Source of the DNA: Candidatus Hydrogenedentota bacterium | Lineage (GTDB): Bacteria; Hydrogenedentota; Hydrogenedentia; Hydrogenedentales; SLHB01 | Length of the DNA stretch: 64,000 nucleotides | NCBI GenBank assembly: GCA_963745075.1 | Contig: CAVUWV010000021.1 | Span: 96,001 to 160,000 of the forward strand | Reading direction: 5' to 3' | Part shown: piece after piece, positions 8,480 through 17,285 of the stretch | Layout: every line of letters begins with the position of its first letter | How positions within the stretch are numbered: the stretch's first letter is position 1 | Made by a program: the position numbers and the translations under genes | Notes under the pieces: model-generated | Told to the model about the DNA's origin: nothing | Seen by the model: only the letters and a program-made list of their open reading frames with translations | Databases searched by the model: none

Positions 8480-11400
8480 ATGGGTGGAATCGTTGTTCGG
8501 CGGATGCGGGCCGTCGCTGTTGGCAAGGTCCTTCTTCTGGTGCTGTTAACCGCGCTACTGGGACCCCAAGTCTTCCACCTCGTGGTCCTGGCCTGCGGAG
8601 ACGGGGGAAATGACCCGCCGAACCCTCCCCCACCTGCGAACACGCTCATTGTCAGCATGTCGGGAGCCGGAACCGTTACGGTGAACCCCTACGGAACGGG
8701 AGGCTCGTCTCAAGTCGTTACGTGGTCGGCGCATGTCAACTACACGTCCCCACAGTATGTCTCCTTAACGGCCAGCCCGGCTACGGGTTGGGTCTTTGAC
8801 AAGTGGGAGGAAACCGGGTCTACAAGCGCGTCGATTAGCCCCTATATCTCGGGAACGGACGAGTTCACTGCTATTTTTTCACCAAAACCGCCGGATGAAG
8901 ACCCGGACCAGTGGGTCTCGCTGCGCACGTCCGTATCACCCTCGGGAGCGTTGGCCGCGGGGTGCACGGTATCGCCGGCCGGCAAAACCAACCACGCCTT
9001 GGGAACGGAAGTGCCGCTCAAGCCGCAGGGCGCGGGCGGCTGGACGTTCAGCGGCTGGGACGGACCGGACGCGGACGACGTGGACACCTTCAACGATCCG
9101 CACATGATTGTGATGGACGCGGACAAGAAGGTTACAGCGGTCTTCACACAACAATTCGTGCTGAAAACAAGCACCAAGGGTAAAGGCGAGGTGACGGCCG
9201 TTCCCACCGGACCCACCTATAGTTCGGGAACGTCGGTCGAACTCACGGCCGAGCCGAATACAAGTCAAGGTTGGACCTTCGTGGAATGGCGCAACGATGC
9301 CTCCGGGACCAATGCAGTAACCAATGTGACGATGGACGCGGACAAGCACGCCAAAGCGGTATTCACGCGCGCAAACAGGAAGAGCCTGACGATCACCACC
9401 CCGGAAGGCTGCAAGATCCGGGTCGACGCGAATCCAAACGGGACGAGCAGCGGGACGAATCCGACGGAACCGGGCAACACCATTCTGCAGTTTACAGGTA
9501 CTTCCCAAGTGACATTGCGGGCGCACGTCTTCAGCGAGTACCGGGGGCAGGGCTACCGGTTTGTGCGGTGGGAAGGAGACGTGCCGGCGGGACAGGAGAC
9601 GAGCAATCCGGTGACGATCTCGGTGGACTCGGACAAGTCCGTCGAAGCCGTGCTCGAAGAGACGTTCCGGCTCAAAGTGGAATCCGAAGGGCCCGGCAGC
9701 GTGGATATCGATGCGCCCGCCGGATCGCAGGTGGGCAATAATCGCTACGTCGCTGGCACCGAGATCGGCCTGAGCGCAACGCCGCCGGAGAACTTTGTCG
9801 AGTGGGAAGGGTCCATCGGGGGAAGCAGCCCGGATAAGACGGTGACGATGGACTCAAACAAGTACGTGCTGGCCCAGTTTATGCCGGGAACGGGGGATTC
9901 GCCGCTGGTGAACATCAATTCCGTGGACATCGTGGCGGACACGATCAACGTGACCCTGGCGCCGGATGGCCATTCGGGGCCGTTTTCATTGACCCTGCAA
10001 GGGGACGGCACATCGCACGAAATCATGAGCGCGTCCCGTTCCTCCGGCACGCGGGACGAAAGTTTCGGCGTGTCCGCCATCCCGCCGGGCACGTACCACA
10101 GCATCCTCGCGGAATGGACGGTGGACGACGTGTCGTATTACGACGATTATCCCCTGAACCTGACCATCCTCGGCGGGGGCGAGGGTGAAGCCGAGGCAGA
10201 AGCGGAAGCCGAGGCAGAAGCCGAAGCCGAGGCAGAAGCAGAGGCCGAAGCCGAGGGCGAAGGCGAGGAGGAAGACCCGCCGCCGGTGGTGGTCTATCAT
10301 TATTCGGTTTCCGGCAGTTCGGTGGTCGATCTTCCACCTGCCTATACGTCTTCCGTTCCCGCTACCGAGGATTTCGTGTACGGCTACTTCAACGGCATCG
10401 CCGAGACTTACGCGAACGGGTATCCGGCGAGCGAAGACCCGGCGAATGGGACCAAATACTGCGGTCACAGTTGGGGTTACAGCGGGTATCTAACCGCTGA
10501 GACCAATTTCACGGTGGACTTCGAGGTCGAAAGCCCCAACGCACCTTGCGAGATTACGACGCCTGCGCCCGGAGACAAGGTCACACTGTTCCACAAATGG
10601 ACGGCCAGTGACAGTACCGAGTCCGCCGAGTACGCGGGAACCGCAGAGGTTAACCCGCAAGCCCCCAGTTTGGCGTTGACGGCGCATTTCAGGAACCATC
10701 AGTTGGTACTGGGCACGAATAATGGTCGTGATTATCTTTTGCCGGGCGAAGACTTGGAAGACGTACTTACGTATGATTTCGAGCCAGCTCTTCCAGAATC
10801 TGTGTCGGCCGAGTATACGGTGGAAACCATTGAGAACACGGATGATCGACAGGTTGTCCGAGTTACGGCGACGCTGACTACACCGACCGGAGTTCGATAC
10901 GCGGTGGCAACCGTAAACCACAACAAACTGAATCTTTCTAACATCGACTTCCTTGTCCCCGATGGACAGGGCGGGATGACCGTGCTTGCGCAGGGTGCGA
11001 ACGTTCCGCTCGACTTGGGCCATTACGAGTCGGCAACACAGACGTTTACACCGTGTGCCATGCCGGAAGTGACGGTGAGACTCAACGTACCTTCAAGCGT
11101 GCCGCAGGGAACTACCTACCGGTTCGTCGTCGGTAGCGATGCCTCAGGAGCCCACGCGCTGGAGTATGCCGACGCCCCAGCAACCGGTTACACGCATCCG
11201 GGGGCGTTGGACTCTGGCCAGCTCGCCCAGAACTCGTGGCAGATTGCGTGGGACCAGAATAGCAACGTCACGAATGAAGGGATCTACGGAGGCCATCTTA
11301 AGCGCCTGACCGTGGAGGTCCAGGTGCCGAATCAGGACCCTGAAAAGCAGACTCTGGTCGCGGGTAGCACCGCTGGATTCTCGGGAATCTATATTGTGGG

Positions 11401-12463
11401 GGGCGCGCTGCAACAAGCGACGGTAAATCAGTACATAAACTCCCGGACGCTCAACGATTTTGGACTTAGCACCAGTACAGTACCATTGAGTCAACTGCAG
11501 GCCATGGGTCGCGGTGTGGCTCGATGGGAGACATCGGACAACACTCACTTTCTTCCCATAAACCGTCACGGTTTGGACGGGTACGTATCGCATGACCGCT
11601 ACCCTATTTGGGAACTCAAGTTCACCAACGGTAACCCCAGCAGAGGTTTCGGGGTAGGACTTATGCAGATTTCGGAACAGCAAAACATAAATCGAGCCAC
11701 AATCTGGGACTGGCAACAAAACGTCAACGAGGGGATACAAATGCTCGAATCGTTTTATGCCAGTCAATCGATATTTTACTTGACGGCGCATACCGCCAAC
11801 CCGACAGCCGTTGACCTGCGGTTAACTACATACACGCATTATAACGGTGGCTCCGATTCCCACTATTATTGGTGGAACGATCAGGGCAGCGTCGTATCAT
11901 GTACAGAACTCACGTCGAGCACGACGAACAATACAGAGTCTCACAACCAAGCAACCACCAACTTGAACCTTGAGGTTAACAGTCTCGTTACGGGGCTTAC
12001 AGCGATCACACTTCAAAACGAGAGCAGTTCGACAAACGTAATCCCATGGACCGACCCATTGCCATCAACAAGCCCGTTTCAATGGACTTCGATCGCACTT
12101 ACGCTTTTTGCGACGCAAGGCAACGACTTCGTGTCAGGTTCAGACCAAGATCAAATAAACATCTTCCTATCCCTTGCTTATCAGGGGTCCACAACGCGAG
12201 AACGAATACACGAAGGAGCTCCGGCACCGTATGCAGTAAGCAATACGGCCGGTTTCCGGCCCGCCGCCGGGTGGGCCAAGATGGGATACATCCCTGTGGG
12301 AAATAGGAATGCTGGCTATCGGGATTACAACAGCGACGGGGTTCGTGATCAGCCAGGGGACCCATATAGCATACCCACATTTACCCCAGATTCCGCTCAC
12401 TTGAATAATGTAGTTGCTGATCGCGCTCCGCGATATGCTGACCGAGCATTGGCAGAAGAATAG
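8480..12463 (+). CDS. Large exported protein: five InlB-B-like repeats, (EA)n linker, beta-rich stalk, C-terminal lysozyme/lytic-transglycosylase-like domain
   Basis: Hydrophobic N-terminus ending VLAC; repeats of type V.LTA.P..GW.F..W.....MD.DK...A.F; ARWETS, GVGLMQI, WQQNVNEG and YNGG motifs. Confidence 0.75.
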   Translation: MGGIVVRRMRAVAVGKVLLLVLLTALLGPQVFHLVVLACGDGGNDPPNPPPPANTLIVSMSGAGTVTVNPYGTGGSSQVVTWSAHVNYTSPQYVSLTASPATGWVFDKWEETGSTSASISPYISGTDEFTAIFSPKPPDEDPDQWVSLRTSVSPSGALAAGCTVSPAGKTNHALGTEVPLKPQGAGGWTFSGWDGPDADDVDTFNDPHMIVMDADKKVTAVFTQQFVLKTSTKGKGEVTAVPTGPTYSSGTSVELTAEPNTSQGWTFVEWRNDASGTNAVTNVTMDADKHAKAVFTRANRKSLTITTPEGCKIRVDANPNGTSSGTNPTEPGNTILQFTGTSQVTLRAHVFSEYRGQGYRFVRWEGDVPAGQETSNPVTISVDSDKSVEAVLEETFRLKVESEGPGSVDIDAPAGSQVGNNRYVAGTEIGLSATPPENFVEWEGSIGGSSPDKTVTMDSNKYVLAQFMPGTGDSPLVNINSVDIVADTINVTLAPDGHSGPFSLTLQGDGTSHEIMSASRSSGTRDESFGVSAIPPGTYHSILAEWTVDDVSYYDDYPLNLTILGGGEGEAEAEAEAEAEAEAEAEAEAEAEGEGEEEDPPPVVVYHYSVSGSSVVDLPPAYTSSVPATEDFVYGYFNGIAETYANGYPASEDPANGTKYCGHSWGYSGYLTAETNFTVDFEVESPNAPCEITTPAPGDKVTLFHKWTASDSTESAEYAGTAEVNPQAPSLALTAHFRNHQLVLGTNNGRDYLLPGEDLEDVLTYDFEPALPESVSAEYTVETIENTDDRQVVRVTATLTTPTGVRYAVATVNHNKLNLSNIDFLVPDGQGGMTVLAQGANVPLDLGHYESATQTFTPCAMPEVTVRLNVPSSVPQGTTYRFVVGSDASGAHALEYADAPATGYTHPGALDSGQLAQNSWQIAWDQNSNVTNEGIYGGHLKRLTVEVQVPNQDPEKQTLVAGSTAGFSGIYIVGGALQQATVNQYINSRTLNDFGLSTSTVPLSQLQAMGRGVARWETSDNTHFLPINRHGLDGYVSHDRYPIWELKFTNGNPSRGFGVGLMQISEQQNINRATIWDWQQNVNEGIQMLESFYASQSIFYLTAHTANPTAVDLRLTTYTHYNGGSDSHYYWWNDQGSVVSCTELTSSTTNNTESHNQATTNLNLEVNSLVTGLTAITLQNESSSTNVIPWTDPLPSTSPFQWTSIALTLFATQGNDFVSGSDQDQINIFLSLAYQGSTTRERIHEGAPAPYAVSNTAGFRPAAGWAKMGYIPVGNRNAGYRDYNSDGVRDQPGDPYSIPTFTPDSAHLNNVVADRAPRYADRALAEE
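8640..9880 (+). repeat. Five tandem divergent InlB B-repeat-like (Flg_new_2-type) domains
   Basis: GWVFDKW, GWTFSGW, GWTFVEW, GYRFVRW, NFVEW cores; MDADKK/MDADKH/VDSDKS/MDSNKY ends; boundaries approximate. Confidence 0.75.
10172..10275 (+). repeat. Coding low-complexity GGGEGE(AE)nGEGEEE linker
   Basis: Degenerate hexamer repeats GAAGCC/GAGGCA/GAAGCG. Confidence 0.9.
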
Positions 12464-12521
12464 GCTGATTCCTGTAAAGCAATACGATGTGCAGGAGAAA
12501 TAGAACCAAGGAGATGATTCG

Positions 12522-13526
12522 ATGTCCACTCAGATGCGTGTAAAGCGCGCGCTTCAGACCAGTGCCCTCGTGCTGATGTCGTTTTTCTTGACGTTGGGAC
12601 AGGGCTTCGCTCAGGAGCCGGACTTCCATGATTTACTCCAAGTAGTTCGTGCGGCAACCGCCGATGGTGCCCGGTCTGCGCCGGGGATCGTTGCGCCGCC
12701 GGGTGCTCAGGGTCGTGCAGAGCAAAGCGCGTTAGTACGTGCCCAGGATTTGGCTGATTTGTATCATTCCACGAGTAAACCCATTTTCGGATTGGTCGTG
12801 AAGGGGTTCGAAGCGGGCTTGACGTTGGAGGGTATTCAGCAGCTCTCGGATCCGTACCTGACGTGGAGCGATTGGCCTTACAGGATTGGTCTCGACTCAG
12901 CGGTTAGACCCACCGGATTCGACAACAACGCGGCAAACCAGACTGCTGAAGACTCGCTCAGGGAGCAGGTCGTTCTGATATACCGGGAACATCGGGTGTC
13001 CGCCGACCTGCAACTAATATACCTCCAGACTTCGTACTGCTTTCCTAAGGTTCATGACCAATTCTTCTGGCGAAGCGTGGATATGGGGGTCATTATTCGA
13101 TCACCCGGGGAGGTCCGTCTGACCAGACTGCAATACCCGTTGGGGAATGAGTGGGTCGTGGGCAAGATCCCCGGACTCTTCCCCCTCTTGCTAGGATTCC
13201 TGCAACTCCCAGAGAGGGAGATGCCACTGATACTGGTTGGGCAGGCACCATCCGGTACGCAGCGGAACTGCTCCGTCTACATGTACCTTTGGTCCGACGA
13301 ACAAAACGAGTGGCTACACTTCAAGCTGATAAGCATGGAACACGTTGGAGACCTGATGTTCGATCCTGACACATCGAACTTGCTGATGTATAGCGGCTAT
13401 GCTTTGAATGAGGCGACTGGCCAGGTTGATGTTCCGATCCTCAATACCTCGATTCACGTACCGACGTTCTTGAAGGAGCACATAGAATACGTCAAAGAAC
13501 ATACCGGTATAGACCTATTTGACTGA
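12522..13526 (+). CDS. Secreted hypothetical protein, candidate immunity partner
   Basis: RBS AAGGAG; Sec signal peptide ...LVLMSFFLTLGQGFA|QE; 58 nt after the lysozyme-like gene; lower GC. Confidence 0.6.
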   Translation: MSTQMRVKRALQTSALVLMSFFLTLGQGFAQEPDFHDLLQVVRAATADGARSAPGIVAPPGAQGRAEQSALVRAQDLADLYHSTSKPIFGLVVKGFEAGLTLEGIQQLSDPYLTWSDWPYRIGLDSAVRPTGFDNNAANQTAEDSLREQVVLIYREHRVSADLQLIYLQTSYCFPKVHDQFFWRSVDMGVIIRSPGEVRLTRLQYPLGNEWVVGKIPGLFPLLLGFLQLPEREMPLILVGQAPSGTQRNCSVYMYLWSDEQNEWLHFKLISMEHVGDLMFDPDTSNLLMYSGYALNEATGQVDVPILNTSIHVPTFLKEHIEYVKEHTGIDLFD

Positions 13527-13529
13527 ACA

Positions 13530-14690
13530 GTGGGTATTGAGAATCCGGAAACCGAATTTGTAGAGAACAAATGCGCGAACAATGGAAGTACACGGGGTTG
13601 CACTCAATCTACTCTCTCTATAGGGTATAGCGATGTCCCAAGTGCTCAACAGGTCCGAGCGGCGCGTTTTGCGGTCGCAACTGTCGCACTATTCCTCGTA
13701 AGCACTCTCCTTCCGTGTGCGGCGCAGACCATCAACATCCACGAGCACATCCAGTCCGAGGCCGAAGTGCCGAAGCTGCTGGCAGTGATGGACGCGTTGG
13801 GGATCGAGCGGACGGTGTTGGTGGGGAGTTCGTGGTTCACGATTACGTTGAACGAGGACGTGGGGTTTACCCGGTACGATGAGAACAACGAGGCGTTGTT
13901 GCGTATCGTGGAGCGGTATCCGGGTCGGTTCGAGGCGTGGCCGACGGTCAACCCGGAAGACCCGGAGATGCTGCCGAAGTTTCAGTCGCTGGTGGACCGT
14001 GGCGCGACGGGATTGAAACTGTATCTTGGCCACGGGTTCAAGTCCAAGAAGACGGGCACGTACTTCTTCCACACGCGGCCCCTGGACGACTCGTCGATGC
14101 TGCCACTCTATGCCTATTGCGAGGAACACTTCATCCCGGTGTGTTTCCACGTGAACCCCGGACCGAAGACGCCGGGGTTCGCCGAAGAGTTCATCGCGGT
14201 GCTCACGCAGTTCCCCGATTTGAAAGTCATCTGCCCCCACTTCATGTTGTCGTCGATCAAGGATTCGCGGCTGCGGGAGTTTCTGGACACCTTTCCGAAC
14301 CTGTATTCCGACATCAGCTTCGGCCACGACGACTACCTGAAGGCGGGGCTCAAACGGGTTTCGCGCGATCCCGCCAAGTTCCGGGGGCTGTTCCGGGAGT
14401 ATCCCGACCGGTTCATGTTCGGGACGGACTGCGTGATCACCGCTAACGAGCGGAAACACGAGGCCTGGATTCGCGCGCGGTACCAGTCCTACCTCGACAT
14501 GCTCCGGAAAGAGACCTACCAGTCCCCCCTCCTCCCCGGCCAGACTCTCCACGGCCTCGCCCTGCCCGCCGACCTCCTCGACCCCATCCTCCGCACCAAC
14601 TACGAAGCTTTCCTCAACAAGAAACCCACCGGCACACAAGTCACCAGGGAAATCGATTGGCGCCGCATGGGGGTGATGCACAAGAACTAA
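13530..14690 (+). CDS. Amidohydrolase_2 family protein, probably exported (true start probably downstream, uncertain)
   Basis: INIHEH, GATGLKL, PVCFH, FPDLKVICPH, RFMFGTD motifs; signal-like RAARFAVATVALFLVSTLLPCAA. Confidence 0.8.
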   Translation: MGIENPETEFVENKCANNGSTRGCTQSTLSIGYSDVPSAQQVRAARFAVATVALFLVSTLLPCAAQTINIHEHIQSEAEVPKLLAVMDALGIERTVLVGSSWFTITLNEDVGFTRYDENNEALLRIVERYPGRFEAWPTVNPEDPEMLPKFQSLVDRGATGLKLYLGHGFKSKKTGTYFFHTRPLDDSSMLPLYAYCEEHFIPVCFHVNPGPKTPGFAEEFIAVLTQFPDLKVICPHFMLSSIKDSRLREFLDTFPNLYSDISFGHDDYLKAGLKRVSRDPAKFRGLFREYPDRFMFGTDCVITANERKHEAWIRARYQSYLDMLRKETYQSPLLPGQTLHGLALPADLLDPILRTNYEAFLNKKPTGTQVTREIDWRRMGVMHKN

Positions 14691-15466
14691 CCGATCGGCA
14701 CCACGAGTCCATCGGCGGCGGCGACAATCGGCACGCCAAACTCTTCGGTCAACGATTCGGCAACCCGCTCGGGCCCGGCTTCCAGCATGCTCATCCCAAA
14801 GTGCGTGAGAATTACTTTCTTCGGCCGCGCCTCCCGAACAATCGTGCGGACATCGTCGATGCCCAAGTGCAGAATGCGCGGATGGGGCGGGGATTCGAAG
14901 AACGTCACGTGGATCACCAGGGTATCGACGTCCTGGTACATGGCGGGGAGTTCGGGGAAGTAGCGCGTGTCCACGAGAAACCCAAGCTTCGTCTCTCCAA
15001 CATCAAACGTGATTCCGAAGGTGTCGACTCCGTGATGGTGAGGCGCCGACGTTGCAAACGATACGTTGCCGAAGGAATAGCGCGTACCAGCCTCAAGCGG
15101 AACGATCGTGTCCAGAAATGGCCGCAGGTAGCCCATGACCACGGCGTTCTCGCCTTCGAGACACGCCGCGGGCGCGAACAGCGTCCCCCCTTTATTGAAC
15201 CCGCCGCCCGTCATGGAATCGATGAGGATATTGACATCGTTGCAGTGATCGATGTGGCTGTGCGTGACGATAACGGCCTCGATCTCCGCGGGATCGATGG
15301 GCGGGTCCGCCTGGGCACATCGCACCAGCGCCCCCGGGCCGGGATCCAGGTAAAGCCGATGTCCGCAAAGCGAAAGATACACCCCTCCCGATGCGCGCAA
15401 CTGTCGCGCCACGACCCACCGGGATCCGGAAGTGCCAAGAAACTTGATGTAGTTCGATTCAGACAC
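14687..15466 (-). CDS. MBL-fold metallo-hydrolase
   Basis: FLGTSG, LDPGPG, THSHIDH, DT, LTHF motifs; start at GTG 15466. Confidence 0.88.
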   Translation of the reverse strand: MSESNYIKFLGTSGSRWVVARQLRASGGVYLSLCGHRLYLDPGPGALVRCAQADPPIDPAEIEAVIVTHSHIDHCNDVNILIDSMTGGGFNKGGTLFAPAACLEGENAVVMGYLRPFLDTIVPLEAGTRYSFGNVSFATSAPHHHGVDTFGITFDVGETKLGFLVDTRYFPELPAMYQDVDTLVIHVTFFESPPHPRILHLGIDDVRTIVREARPKKVILTHFGMSMLEAGPERVAESLTEEFGVPIVAAADGLVVPIG

Positions 15467-15625
15467 TGTCGCGTCGTTTCTTATGCGATTTGTGAAGCGC
15501 CATGCACTTCCACGCCAAACACACCGGCCGAGCGGGAATGTCACTCGTGAATGAACGTTCTGGAGGGTATTCGGGCAGGCCGACGTTGCAGCGCCGATCC
15601 TGAATCGTACTTCTCCGCAGGCAGA

Positions 15626-16282
15626 TTACGGGATTGCCGTTTCCGAATCAACCGGTGCTGGACTGCGCAAAATCGCCGTATCGGTGACGCCGCTCGAGGT
15701 TTCAGTCAGTTCCCACGTTGCGAGCATGTCGGCAACGCGCGCCCAGCAATCGGTCAGCGGTTCGGCGGCAAGAGCCAGCGCACGCGGTGAACGCGATTCG
15801 GACGGAAGGTAACGGTGAATGTCGTCGAGAATCAAGAGTCCGCCGGGCCGGATCTTTGGGATGATGCATTCCGCGCATTGATCGCGCATCGCACTGATCC
15901 CGTCGATGAGCGCAAAGTCGAGGCTGGCGTCCTCCAATGCGCGGGCGGGCCGGAGATAGTCATCGGGTTCGGACACTGCCAGTACGAGCGTAACGTTGTT
16001 GCGAGGGTGTTCAAGCAGATTCCGCTGCACGCGCTGGTACCACTGCGCGTCGTGTTCGATGCTGATGAGACTCTCGACACGCGACGCAAACCAGAGCGTG
16101 CTGCGTCCGGCGCCCCATTCCAAGCCAACATATTCGGGACGGAGCCAGTCCTCGAGAATAGAGATTGCCTCCGGTGTGAGCCATGGCGCGTCCGGATGGG
16201 ATGCCTGGTAAAGAAGAAGTTTGAACCGGTCCATGAAATACCGGGGAGACCAATGTGCAAATCGATCCATCACCCCCCGCAC
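15626..16282 (-). CDS. Class I SAM-dependent methyltransferase
   Basis: GLEWGAGRST, SIEHD, DFALIDG, RPGGLLILDD motifs. Confidence 0.85.
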   Translation of the reverse strand: MRGVMDRFAHWSPRYFMDRFKLLLYQASHPDAPWLTPEAISILEDWLRPEYVGLEWGAGRSTLWFASRVESLISIEHDAQWYQRVQRNLLEHPRNNVTLVLAVSEPDDYLRPARALEDASLDFALIDGISAMRDQCAECIIPKIRPGGLLILDDIHRYLPSESRSPRALALAAEPLTDCWARVADMLATWELTETSSGVTDTAILRSPAPVDSETAIP

Positions 16283-16291
16283 TCCAACGTA

Positions 16292-17254
16292 TTAATGGCC
16301 CAATTTCGCGGCATCCGTGTAGGTCTGAAACGCCCTGGCAACGCCCGCTTCCTCCGCCGATCCGCGGTGGACGAGCAGCCGGTACCGCAATTCAACGGAC
16401 TCTCCCGGCTGCAGGATGTAAGGATCGTTGTGTGGCCACGACGCTCCCAAGAAGGCGTAGTGGCGGAATATCCAACCGGGATGCGGATAGCCGGGGTCGG
16501 ACGGGTGTTGGAAGATGGCGACGCCGGTGTGCGGTCCATCGGTAAACCGCTGCCAGGAGACGTTGGCCCACGGGGTTTGGCACGTCAAGGCGTCCTCGGC
16601 CGCGATCCCGTTGGCCGTGGTGAAGGTGAAGGGCTGATACACATTGTCGGGACGAATCCCGAACCCACCATATCCCTTATTCTGCACCGGTGATCCCAAG
16701 AACGTGACGGGCTGCGTGGCGATGTTTTCGAAACGCAGGATAAAGTCAATCGCGCGGATATCGCCCTCCGTGGGATGAACCGTGATGTCGACGTGCTCGC
16801 GAACGGGCGTCGATCCGTCGTCGTCGTACCGCCACAGATTCTCGACAGCCAGATGGGCCGTGGCGCCGGCCTCGCGCGCCACCCAGTGGTCGAAGACCGG
16901 CCGCACGCCGTCAAGACTCCAAACGTCCAACAACCGATCGCCGACGGAACAGTGAGGCCATGCCCAGAATACGCCACGATGGTGATAGTGGTCGTCGGGA
17001 AAATCCTGCGTGATGACGCCGCCATCAAGATCGTAGAGCGGATGAATATAACTCGACCGCCGGTAACGCTGTTGATCAACCCCTTCCGGTGGCTCGATCA
17101 TCCCGTAGTTGTACACGAGTACGGGCGACCCATTTTCGGAGATGAGGACGTGCTCCCCATCGTTGTCGAGGGCAAACTCCGCTTGAGCGGAAGCGGCCAG
17201 TACAAACGCCCCAAGGATCATCGTCTGTTTCATCATCACCACACCCCGTTTCAT
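16292..17254 (-). CDS. Secreted DUF6807/'PmoA-like' supersandwich protein
   Basis: Signal peptide; SYIHPLY, PDDHYHHRGVFWAW, KGYGGF motifs. Confidence 0.7.
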   Translation of the reverse strand: MKRGVVMMKQTMILGAFVLAASAQAEFALDNDGEHVLISENGSPVLVYNYGMIEPPEGVDQQRYRRSSYIHPLYDLDGGVITQDFPDDHYHHRGVFWAWPHCSVGDRLLDVWSLDGVRPVFDHWVAREAGATAHLAVENLWRYDDDGSTPVREHVDITVHPTEGDIRAIDFILRFENIATQPVTFLGSPVQNKGYGGFGIRPDNVYQPFTFTTANGIAAEDALTCQTPWANVSWQRFTDGPHTGVAIFQHPSDPGYPHPGWIFRHYAFLGASWPHNDPYILQPGESVELRYRLLVHRGSAEEAGVARAFQTYTDAAKLGH

Positions 17255-17285
17255 GCTGTCGGGTCTCCGTCATTCTTGCGCGATG

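Noticed and set aside
10172..10275. Hexamer repeats as a CRISPR array or contingency locus
   Set aside because: Degenerate in-frame codons for an EA linker; no spacers and no cas genes
16292..17254. Methane monooxygenase PmoA
   Set aside because: Soluble secreted protein that only shares the misleading family name; no pmoB or pmoC
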